A stretch of DNA of 63,487 bases, filler included, from Octopus bimaculoides (taxonomy: Eukaryota): the NCBI RefSeq assembly GCF_001194135.2. It is 7 parts of 7 records of this genome, joined end to end, with 100 filler letters (N's around TTAATTAATTAA, not from the genome) between each part and the next. Parts side by side here need not be neighbours in the genome. Positions count along the whole stretch, not along the records: positions 5,954 to 29,145 come from NC_069004.1; 6 more parts are not named here. The stretch is one strand, 5' to 3'. This document shows, piece after piece, positions 12,348 through 23,462 of the stretch. Position numbers and translations under genes: made by a program. The stretch's first letter is position 1. Each line of letters starts with the position of its first letter. The notes under the pieces were generated by a model. It did not search any database. It was not told where the DNA came from and saw only the letters and a list, made by a program, of their open reading frames with translations.

Positions 12348-12430
12348 TCCAAAACTACGTTAGGAATGAGAACCCAGGTTCGAAATTTCCCCCAAGACCA
12401 TTGATGAAGGCTGGAGGGTATATCAGGACA
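12037..12430. mobile_element. Head-to-head inverted pair of a tRNA-headed element with (AAT)n spacer and partial hammerhead motif
   Basis: Arm 12037-12163 is the reverse complement of 12181-12387 (the microsatellite differs in length). Minus copy has A box tggcgtagtgg and B box gttcgattcc. Plus copy ends ttgatga-aggctg-gagggtatat-cag (12401-12426). Confidence 0.8.
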
Positions 12431-14146
12431 AATATCCGTCAAATGTAAATAATGTATAAAACATAGTTTATATCCACTTAAATGAAGAAAAGAAAATGGA
12501 GATTTGAAAGTTAATAATTGTTTTATTATTAATAACAAATTGGTCATCTTCGCTTTTTACTACCGTATATATATATATATATATATACTGAAAGAGTAGG
12601 ACACGATTTCTGCCGACCAAATTCCACTCACAATGTTGTCTTATTCAACCCGAGCTTCTGGTGGGGGACACTTGCCAAGGTGCTGTACAGTACATTTGAA
12701 CTCAGAGTCCCTGTGTCATAAAGTAAACTTCATGAACATACAATAATACAACCATACAAAGGGATATACCATCAATTGCTTATAGACTCCTGTTGATGGT
12801 TACTACTTGCTGTTGTTCAGCTCCGAGTCAACTCTGATCTGCCTGGCATATTAGCCGTGATCTTCCCTTCTTTTAATTATGCAATGTATGCCTTGGACAA
12901 CATCATCCATTCTTCCTTTCAGACGATCAGACTCGATTCGAGAGACATTTGGCTGCCGTTTCTCGCATGTGATGCGCTCACATAGAGGTCCCACTGCTTG
13001 GCTTAGTTTTAGCTTTTGAGGATATCTTTTTTGATAGGATAGTAATTCTCAATTATCTCCCTTGACTTAGTCTTAACTAAGATCCGCTACAGACTGGTCC
13101 AAAGTTTTCATCCGGGTTTCGTATTCAGACAAAATCTAAATTAAACTGGATATTGCACAACAAAGCGTCAGTCACCATAAGGTGGAATGAATCACACTGA
13201 ATGTTTCTGGCGTCGATATCATGTAAGTATTTTAATGAGACATCTCCGTAACACTATCTAGCTATTTAGCGCAGGTGTGTGTGTATACGCACTCACGAAG
13301 ATAGAATGTGATGTGAGGGAGATTTGTCTACTATTTCTCGCAGCTCAGACGACTCACTAACGGCTCTTTTGTCTTGTTTTTCTTTATTCTGCGAAGTTGC
13401 TATCCTTAACTAGCTTCTTTTGGTGATCCCCGTATAAATAATTATGGTAGGTACCTTTCCAATATTACAGGTTAAGAAAATTTTGACAGATGAAACATGA
13501 TGTGACAAATGGTTACGACATTATCAGTGAAAATCGGTGTTCTTTTCTCTTCCCGTATGTAATTGTTTGCGCGTGTATTAATGCGTGCACACACGAATAT
13601 AAACATACGCACACAAACATGTTTGTGTTGATTGACCCTCAACGTAGTTCTTAACCTGCTTGAAATAACTGCCAAATCTCCCTTAGATATATCTTATTGT
13701 CTTAAAGAAGGATTAACACTGGAAGAAAGAAAATACCGATCATAACTAAAATGTCTTTAATTATAGATCTGTCCGATCAATACCGAACTAGTGTTAAACA
13801 ACAACTACTAGCGCGAGACAACAATCGATCCTCTACCGGTCTGTCGCAGAATGGACCCGGAGCTAAACTACTTACGGTTACTTGTAACAAAAAACTATAT
13901 GCAATCAAGCAGAATATAATATTCAGTTGTTTTTATATATCTGACTCTGTGTCAATAGAACTGTGAGGAATTGTTAATTTCTGAGGAAATTTAAAATAAG
14001 ACTGTGTAGCCTGTATGAATCTCAAAAAAAAATGATGACGTGTGAGGAATTATTAAACTTCTGTTAGTGCTCGGTAATCTTAGCTGACATCAGGCAGCAG
14101 CACATAGAGTTATGAAAAGTGCTAATTTGTCCAAATCTTTAAGAGA

Positions 14147-14179
<33 letters not shown>

Positions 14180-14369
14180 GTAAAATACTTATATAAACAG
14201 AAACGTCAACCACCAAACAATTTGCTATATAACTGCGCATGTACATACACGCACACGTATATGTATAGATTACACACACACACATGACTAAGTAAAATGT
14301 ACTGCATATTATTGCCCGTCAGAAAAAGAATTCAGTTTGTATATGCATATGTACGTATGTGTTGAAAGC

Positions 14370-15235
14370 GGAGTTAACACCAAATGCTTGTGGGGACTCC
14401 TTTGCACTGATGAATCAGCCACAGATCTAGAAAAGAAATTAGAGTAGAACCAAAAATTAGAATTGAGAGGTATTAAAGTTTACTTAGCAAAGACTAAATA
14501 GAGGATAATAAGTAACAGACAGGACCCTGTTACCATCTGGGAAATGGCCATGCTCAATATGCAGAAAAGGAGTTGCTAAGAATTCCATATGCTGTACTCA
14601 GTGTAAACAAGAGATGCAGTAGAATCACAGGGAGACTAACAGATGATGCAGGCTTCAGATGTGACAAGTCCACTGAGGTAATAAGCAAAATAGCTCATGG
14701 GAAATTCTATCAAATGTCTGGAAGTTCCCTTGAAGTAGTTGATAATTTCTGCTACACAGGACATCTAGTTAGCAGTGGGGTAGGTGTTCTGAAAGCATAG
14801 TAGCCAGTGTAAGAATAGTTGGAAAAAAGTTGAAGGATCTATTACTTCTGCTGCCAACAAAAAAGCATCTCCCACAAAGTAAAGAACAGATTGTATGATG
14901 CATGTGTACAGTGTTATGTTACTTGGTAACTATATATCGCCTTTGAATATAGAAGATTCGCAAGAAATAAAATAGTCATGCGCCACTGAATGTGTAATCT
15001 TAGAGAGCATAACTGATGAGATTTTACTGAGCTGAGGGGAAAAGTGAATATAAGAGGACTGAGACATAGTGTGCAAGAGAGGAAACTGTGACGTTATGGA
15101 TATATGATGTGCATGGAAGATGCCAGTTATATAAAGAAGTGCCACACACTCAAAGTATATGGAAGTTGTGGAAGAAAGAGACTATGAAAGATTTGGAATA
15201 ACATCTGACCTCAAGATGCTGCGTGTCTTGCAGAA
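14370..15235 (+). mobile_element. Old RTE LINE 3' fragment
   Basis: Parallels 18940-19400: gcactgatga (YADD remnant), gcaaagactaaa, gaagtagttgataatttctgctac (LEVVDNFCY), tgtgacgttatggatatatgatgtgcatgg (LRWYGHV-like). Confidence 0.7.
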
Positions 15236-16639
15236 AACGAGAGTGTTGAGAGGTGATTTGTTTTCTTGCAGAGGATCCAACCACAGGCGACCTATCCAGC
15301 AGTGCAAGCATGATCAATGAGAGTATATTATATTTATGTGTATATGTATTCTTAGGAGTGTGGGCATGTGTTTGTGTAGTTATATTTACCACTAAGTCTA
15401 CTATTACAGCCTCTTCTGCACCTAGGTGCCTTTTCATCTCCCCAATAGTCACTTTCATGTCATTCCTTATCTCAATAGCTCAACCTACTAAATTCATGCT
15501 GTCTATTAATATGGGGCCAGTCTACTTTCTGTCCCCTACCATCATCCTCATCCCTTACCTCTCCTGCCCATCTTGAGGTCTATGTATAAAAGACCATGCC
15601 ATATTGAGCCTGTTGTACCCCGTGCACTTTACACTCAGCCTCCTCTTCACCCACACATCCTGGCTCTTCCTCTATCATCATCCTGTCCTCTGGGTCACAT
15701 GACCTTCATTAATCACATATGCTTAAGCACATCAAGTACCCCTTTCACTAACCTTTTTATGATTTATTACCATCCTTCATGCCTCTGCCACTACCTTCCA
15801 TACATCTCACTATGCTAAGAGTTTGTCAAGTGAGGCAGAGGCATGGGATGAAGAAGTTGCTTTGGTCATGTTATGGATATGGCTACATTTGTAGTGTTGG
15901 TGCCATGAAAAAATATCCTCAGTACACTCTGTAAAATGTATAGGTGAGAAAACTCAATAGTCTTGTTGAGAACATGACACCTCTTTAGTGTTGGTGCCAC
16001 AAAGAAATACACCCTGTGAAGTAACTGGTGTCAGGAATGAAGCCAAACATGGAACTCATAAGTGCGATGTGATCTGCTGACCCATCCAGGTGAACAGCAA
16101 CCCCAAATATGTACTGACCCTGACTGTGGTGACTTGTTCAACCCATGCCAGCATAAAAAGTAGTTGTACGATGATGATGAGGTTGATGATATATATATAT
16201 ATATCCATGCTAGCATGGAAAGCGGACGTTAAACGACGATGATGATGATATAGATATATATATATACATACATATACATACATACATACATACATACATA
16301 TCATACATCTCTAATCCTTCTCTTTCAGTGCAGATCATCATAATTTGCTTATTAGTTCCTTTCATTATTCTATCTATTTCATTACCTGTGTAAACATAGT
16401 TTCGTCTTCCACATTGTATGTTTAAAAAAAAACACACTTAAGATCCCTTTTACTCGATCCAATTCTCTCCCTTTCACGCATATTCATTATCGTCACTTAT
16501 TCATTCATTTATCTAATTTTGTCACAGATTGGCTGACCAAAAGCTTTTGGTTATAATTGTAGTTTAAGATTTTCAAATGCCCAATTCTATCTCACTATTA
16601 TCACAATATTCTCTGATACCAGCAACTTGAGTTTCTCTG

Positions 16640-19405
16640 CTGTTTCGCGGTGTGCTCACCCTCCCACCACCACCACCACCTGTACCGGAAGTCTCTATCC
16701 TCTGACCTCTATCGGATGTCTTCCATGAACACTTCTAAAGGCTTAATGCCCTCCCCTCCCTACTTAGGGTTTATCTCCTATGTAAGGTAGTGATCATATA
16801 GTGCATAAAAATGATGGTGGGATGTATGCAGGTTGAAGACTATTGTACATATATGAGTTCTGCCAAATGCAAGCTTTCTTTTCAGGTGCATGACGCTGCT
16901 GTCCCCCATCCCAGGGTCTCATGGGCCCACACCTCCCACACCCTCGTGGGCACACTGAAAGGTAGGTCCGGTGAGATTGTTGAGGTGCTTGAACGGAGAT
17001 GTGTCGATATCTGCTGCCTCCAAGAAGTAAGGTGGAGAGGAGGTTCTGCTTGGTTCCTCACAGGCAAAGAACATAGGTATAAGATTTTCTGTGCAGGGAA
17101 CACTGACGGGGTCAGGTTCGGGGGCGTGGGTATACTTCTTGTGGAGAAATGAGCTGATAAGTTAATCGAGGTAGTCAGAGTCTGCAATAGATTAAATTAG
17201 TGCTGCAACATGGATTAGCAACCATTATCTCGGCCTATGCCCCTCAGCCAGGGCTACCTGATGGACAGAAAGACCGATTTTATGACACCCTCTTGCAGAC
17301 TACCTCATCGACGAATGACAGGGACCTTCTCTTTGTGGCTGGTGACTTCAATGGGCATGTTTGACAACATGCAGGGGCCTTCCATGGTGTACATGGAGGC
17401 TATGATTTTGGTTCCTGCAGTGAGGAGGGAACCAGGCTGCTGGAGTCCTGTGATGCAAATGACCTTATGGTTTGTAACACTAACTTCAGGAAACCTGCCA
17501 GTCACCTATTCACCTACCGATCCTTGCTAGGAAACAGGAAAGATGGCTACTTATAAATGCCAAAACCTTCCCAGATGACAAATGCACCCCACAACATAGA
17601 TTAGTAGTTAGCGACTCCAGGATCAGGGCTAAATGGATGCCCAGTAGACGACCAGCATGGAGGAGAAGGGTCTAGAAGCTTAAAGATCCTGCGAATGGAC
17701 AGAGATTTAGAGACATATTACTCGAAGCTTTTGACGAAATAGAGGGGAATATAGCATCACATGATGTGGAAGACAACTGGAGGTTTCTATGGGACAACCT
17801 GTTTAGGGCCACTGACCAGATCTGTGGATGGTGCAAAGTCCCCTCTCAACTCAAGGTGGAACAATATAGTTGACAGGGCCATTAGGGAAAAGAGACAGGC
17901 TTGGAAGGACTGGAAGAACGGTGGTAGCAGGGAATTGTATCAGACTGCCAGAAGGGAATCTATACGACAGGTTTATTTAGCCAGAGGGGAAACAGATAAG
18001 AAAAAAGATTGCCAGTGTTCTGTGCCGTGAGGACCAAAAACTTGAGGTATTTTGTGGTGCAAGACAGTGTGTGAGAGAGAATCGTGGTGTCATAAGAGAG
18101 AAATGTGTCCGTATGGATGATGGTACACTTGTACTAAACGAGGCTGCAAAGAGAAAGACTTGGAGACGCCACTATGAAAGGTTGCTCAATAAAGAGAATG
18201 AATGGGAGAAAGAGAGTCTGCCGAATGTCGACCCAACAGAGGGACCAGCTATCCAAGTTGACAGTACCATGGTAGATAAAGCAATTAAGAGTATGAAGAA
18301 AGGGAAAGCCCCTGGCCCATCAGGAATCACTGCAGAGATGCTTAAAATATCTGGCGGTGTCGGCTATTATCTAGTCATCTGTATAGTCAACCAGGCGATA
18401 CATGATGGAGTCATACCCAATGACTGGTGTAGCAGCACCATAGTCAACTGTTACAAAGGTGACGCTTTAGATACAAATAATTACAGAGGTATCAAACAGT
18501 TGGATCAGGTAATGAAAGTCATGGAGAGGGTCATATCCCAACTAATTAGGGAGAGAGTCAGTTTAGACAAGATGCAGTTTGGGTTTGTGCCAGGGAAAAG
18601 CACCACTGATGCTATATTTCTGGTAAGACAGCTGCAGGAGAAATACCTAGCCAAAGATAAACCACTGTACCTGGCTTTCATTGACTTGGAGAAAGCTTTT
18701 GACAGGGTCCCCCGATCCCTTATCTGGTAGTCAATAAGGAAAGTAGGGATAGCTAAATGGTTAGTAAGAGCTGTGTGAGCCATGTACAGGGACGTTATCA
18801 GTAATGTGAGGGTTGGCGACAAGTGCAGTAAAGAATTCTGGGTAGGGGTAGGGGTTCACCAAGGATCAGTCCTCAGCCCCCTTTTATTCATCATAGTCCT
18901 CCAGGCAATAACAGAAGAATTCAAGACAGGATGCCCCTGGGAGCTTCTCTATGCTGATAACCTTGCTCTAATAGCTGAGTCACTATCAGAACTAGAGGAG
19001 AAGTTTCAGGTGTGGAAGCAAGGATTAGAATCAAAGAGCCTTAGAGTCAACCTCGCAAAAACCAAAGTCTTAATAAGTAGGAAGGCAGACAAACCACAAA
19101 TTCCTGCTCGATATGTAGAAAAGGTGTAGGTAGAAACTCCATAAGATGTACCCAGTGTAAGCTATGGAGACATAAGAGGTGCAGCAATATCAAAGGAAGG
19201 CTAACTAGGAAGATAGTTTTTGTGTGTGGCAAATGCTCAGGGGCAATAAACACTGAAAATGAGCAGAGAACAGCTTCCATCACATTCCAGGGGGAAAAAC
19301 TAGAAGTAGTTGATAGCTTCTGTTACCTAGGTGACCAAGTCAGTAGCAGGGGTGGATACTCTGAAAGTGTAGTTGCTAGAATAAGAATAGCCTGGGCAAA
19401 GTTTC
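16640..19405 (+). mobile_element. RTE-clade LINE, endonuclease + RT, frameshifted and 3'-truncated
   Basis: GTLKGRSGEIVEVLERRCVDICCLQEVRW; VAGDFNGHV; KGKAPGPSGITAEMLK; QFGFVPGKSTTDAIF; AFIDLEKAFDRVP; GVHQGSVLSPLLF; LLYADNL; LEVVDSFCYLG. 5' edge approximate. Confidence 0.93.
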
Positions 19406-19688
19406 ATACATATATATATGTATGAAATTTAGTTACTATTTCTTGCAAATTGAATGATTATATAGAAGCTGGTACATTATTTGTCAAACCCCTGAATTCA
19501 AATTCTCAGGGCAATTTGAATTCAGAACATAAGTTACTGAAATAAATGTCTGCATGTATTTTGTCTGATTCTCTAATGCATTTGCCTTCTGCTTGTATAA
19601 TATAGGAATCATATCCTGAAATATTTAACCAAGTGGTTTCTTTTTACTTTCCTGCTTATTTCAGAGAAGCGAGTAACTTGGTTTTACC

Positions 19689-20009
19689 ATGTCTTTCATC
19701 AGAGCTGAGTGTGGTTTGAAGTGTCAATCGAAACAACATGCTTCCCAGTTAAATGCAGCAATAACAAAAGGAAGTTTTGAAGAAATTAAAGCTTATTTCC
19801 AGACATGCCATGCTGCAGGCAAACAAAGTGATCTTGATGGCAATTTTCCTCTCCATGTGGCAGCTGGCTGTGGTAAGTTGGATGTTGTCCAGTGGCTTCT
19901 GGATGAGAAACATGTGGATGTTAATGCAGTGGACAGAGAATCAGGATGGACTGCTTTACACAAGGCTTTGTTCTATGGTCATTTGGACGTAGCAAGGCTT
20001 CTCATTCAG
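19689..20009 (+). CDS. IBTK: IBTK first coding exon (ankyrin repeats); exon acceptor ends at 19664
   Basis: tttcag acceptor, accATG, MSFIRAECGLKCQSKQHA...FPLHVAAGCGKLDVVQWLL...DRESGWTALHKALFYGHLDVARLLIQ, then gtgagt. Matches the IBTK N-terminus as I recall it (CTSKCRS.KHA...DKESGWTALHRSIFYGH). Confidence 0.93.
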
Positions 20010-20326
20010 GTGAGTGCAACAAAACATTTGTGTGTGTGTGTGTGTGTGTGATCATGTGACAGATCAGGCTATCTATGTTGTTACACGTCGCTTGTCACAG
20101 TGCACTTTTGCTTTGTTTTAGCTTTCAAATGATGCTACCCCAGTGGCTAGGTGAACAGGCCAACATCCCCCACTGACCGGAAGGGGGATTGTAGCAATGT
20201 GTAATGAAGTATTTTGCTCAAGAACACAATGCACTGCCCAATCAGGGAATTCAACCATGATCTAGTGATTGTGAGTGCAACAGCCTAAACGCTAGGCCAC
20301 GCGCCTTCACACACACATATATATAT

Positions 20327-20604
20327 AGTTGAAATTTATAGAAAAACGAAAGATGAAGACAAATGTCTGAACAACAAGTAAGTATATTAGTTTGACACTC
20401 AGGAAAAGAAAAAAGTCTTTTATGTTTTGAGCCTACACTGTTCAACAGAAAAGAATATGAGAAAATTTTCTCATATTCCTTTCTGTTGAAGAGCATAGGC
20501 TTGAAATGTAAAAGACTTTTTCATTTTCCTGAGTGTCAAACTCATTCACCTGCTTGTTGTTCATACACTTGTCTTCGTCTTTTGTTTTTCTATAAATTTC
20601 AACT
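20327..20604. repeat. 278-bp loopless palindrome (139-bp arms) carrying decayed hammerhead-like motifs
   Basis: Centre gagaaaa|ttttctc at 20465/20466; arms about 80% complementary. Confidence 0.9.
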
Positions 20605-20950
20605 CTGTATTATAAGCTCATGTAGTCACCCCAGTTTTATCCTGCCTTAACTTCCTACTCTTTGGACTTACATATCTTAACTACTTCCTGAACTTTCTGC
20701 ACCTCTCCTCATCTACATACCAGCACAACACCTGGATTACCTCTGGATATACTGACTCTACTTCCATGGATTTCACTGGATTTTTTGTTGATATATTTAT
20801 GTATACATATGTATGTAAGATCCAAGGATTGTGGTGTAGGAAGAAAGTGAGCATCAAGCAATCCATAGGAAATATAAAAAAAACAACTTTGGGGAACAAT
20901 AGTGGTTTATTGGTGTGGAAATTTGTAAATTTTCCAGGTATGCAAATAAA

Positions 20951-21329
20951 AATCCAAGAGTTAAAGGAATAGAGTAGATTAAATCTGAGCTGCATATGTT
21001 TCATTGTGAGCGGAACCTCAGAAGTGGTAAATATCAAAGCGAGGTGTGTGCCGCAGGCTACTCTTTAGGCCAAGGTTATCTTGATTATATGAAGTTTTAA
21101 CTAGTTGTTAGGAGGCCCATGTTAACACAGAGGATTTGATCAGAATCCTCCTTGTGTTAACATGGGCCTCCTAATGACAATGTAAACTTCATTTAATCAA
21201 GATACCCTCAGCCTGAAGAGTAAACTGCAGTATACATCTCACTTAGATATTTAGTACTTCCAAGGTTCTGTTTGCTATGAAACATATGTAGCCCAGATTT
21301 AATCTACTCTAATCCTTAACACTTGGATT
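20951..21329. repeat. 379-bp foldback (arms of about 186 bp, 7-nt loop near 21137-21143) with a hammerhead fold in each arm
   Basis: aatccaag...ttaggaggcccatgttaacaca / tgtgttaacatgggcctcctaa...cttggatt; inner part nearly perfect, outer part about 75-80%. Confidence 0.92.
21207..21296 (+). ncRNA. Candidate type I hammerhead ribozyme with intact core
   Basis: ctcagc-CTGAAGA-(59-nt stem II region)-GAAAC-atat-GTA-gcccag; stem I 5/6 pairs; stem II partly decayed. Confidence 0.5.
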
Positions 21330-21469
21330 ATATACACACACATACACATACACAGAGATATAGAAATATTTTATTCTCAAATGCATAATAATAATGCTGA
21401 ATAGCATAAATAGGATAGAACGTCCTTATATTGCGGAAAAATTTGTTTGTTTACATATATCGTAATATA

Positions 21470-21655
21470 TCATCATCATCGTTTAACATCCGCTTTCCAT
21501 GCTAGCATGGGTTGGACGATTTGACTGAGGACTGGTGAACCAGATGGCTACACCAGGCTCCAATCTGATTTGGCAGAGTTTCTACAGCTGGATGCCCTTC
21601 CTAACGCCAACCACTCCGAGAGTGTAGTGGGTGCTTTTACATGCCACCGGCACCA
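21470..21655 (-). mobile_element. SINE with RTE-type 3' tail, (GAT)n end
   Basis: catcatcatcgtttaacatccgctttccatgctagcatgggttggacg...ggatgcccttcctaacgccaacc; related copies near 16140-16250, 23030-23195 and 24728-24920. Confidence 0.8.
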
Positions 21656-21719
21656 AATAATCACTGCGATATATATATTTCTACTTTTTGAGCCTCTCCG
21701 ACAACCATTCCAATCTTCC

Positions 21720-22250
21720 CTTATCATCTCTCCTTGCCTTTAAAAATGATAGGAATCTTGAAAACCTTGGAATCTTGGAAAGTAAGAAGCTCAACAGTAC
21801 TCAGTCTCACACAGTCAAGCACCTTTAAATACCCTTTCTGATGCTGTAACATCTGCCCCTACATTAACAACACTATAACCATTACTGGGCCTAAGTTCCA
21901 ACATTACATTACTCAGAACTTCTGTTGTCCAACCTTGTCCAACATTGAACATTGTCCAACCTTATACATTGTATCATATGCAAACTTGCAATGCTCTTTA
22001 CATTGGAGAAAGATTTGCCATTCACTTTTGGGAACACATTCAAAGTATACTAGCATACTACTATATATGCCAGGCCAACATATTGCCACCCACTTCAACA
22101 CTACAGGCCATTCCATCATTTACTTATCAGTGTGTGGCATCTCTGTACACCATAGATCCACATTTTCAAGGATACAGAATAGTGTTTCATATTTGAACTT
22201 AGCACCATGTCACTAACAGATTTAAATGAACATTTTCCCTTCACCTCCTA
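21720..22250 (+). mobile_element. Degraded Penelope-like element, GIY-YIG region
   Basis: LLAFKNDRNL...CCNICPYINNTITITGPK...QNFCC...SNLIHCIICK/CNALYIGE...EHIQSI...IATHFNTTGHSI, across frameshifts. Confidence 0.75.
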
Positions 22251-22627
22251 CACCTCCTTTTAGTTCATTAATCCCTTCCCTGTCTTCCAGCTTCTCTCTC
22301 ATTTCATCATTTCTTTTCCCCATGTTTCTTGACTTTGATTGCTTCTCCTCCTCATTCCATTCCTCTTTTCTTTTACCTTTTATACCACTTCTTGTTTATG
22401 TATGATGTTTGTTCTCTAATCAGTGATATTTATATATGTGTATATATATAACGGAAAAAAGTGGTTGTCTTTAAGTCGTGAGTTCAACTTTGCCTTTCAT
22501 CTTTTCAGAGTTGATAAAATAAGTACCAGTTGAATACTGGGTTGATGTAATTGACTTAACCCCCTCCTCTGAACTTGCTGGTCTTGGGCCAAAAATTTGA
22601 AACCATTATTATTATTATTATTCTTAG

Positions 22628-22724
22628 CATGAAGCAAGCCTCGAGATACAAGATCATGAAGGACTGAGACCTTTCAACATACAGAGAGAAGATGAATTGA
22701 CCAAAAAGTTAAAATTTCCTGGAG
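22628..22724 (+). CDS. IBTK: IBTK coding exon 2 (97 nt, phase 0 to 1)
   Basis: ttcttag|CATGAAGCAAGC...CCTGGAG|gtactt; HEASLEIQDHEGLRPFNIQREDELTKKLKFPG aligns with IBTK HGVSLYIQDKEGL. Confidence 0.9.
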
Positions 22725-22936
22725 GTACTTATAAGTTGTTTTATCATAATATGTACCCTAGTAGTAGACATTTCCACAGTAGCATGTTTAGTTTCATAAA
22801 GATATCATATAACATTTCACACTAAAACCAAAGCCTTGTAAGTGGATTTGATGTGTGTGTGTATGTGTGTGTGCATGTGTGTGTGTATGTATGTATGTAT
22901 GCATGCGAGTGGATTTGATATGTATGTACATGCGTA

Positions 22937-22978
<42 letters not shown>

Positions 22979-23462
22979 TATATACATGTGTCTCCTTGTC
23001 TTAACATTGTCACTATTGCATGAACAGCATCATTCATTTCCAGTATTCTGTGGGGACATGTCTGGCCATGGCAAAATATTGCCTTGCTTGGAAACAGGTG
23101 AGGATTGATGACAAAAAGAACATCAAGCCATAGCAAAATCTACTCCAATAAACTTTGTCCAGCCCATGCAGGCATGAGAAAGTAGATGTTGAGATGATGT
23201 TGATGATTCTTTTGTGAAGTCTCATCAAGGGGTTCTTCAGTAATTCACCATCTCTATCACATGTGGCCATCCAGGTACCCAGCAGTACTTCATGTTATTA
23301 TGTTTCATCTTGATCTTGCATCATGTCTTGTAAATGCAGTTATTGAGTCTCATCAAAATACTCTTTAATAATTTATTGTATTCTTTATTCTCTTATCGGT
23401 TTCAGTCATTTGACTGTGGCCATGTTGGGGCAGCACCTCCAAAGGTTTTAGTCAATTATATA

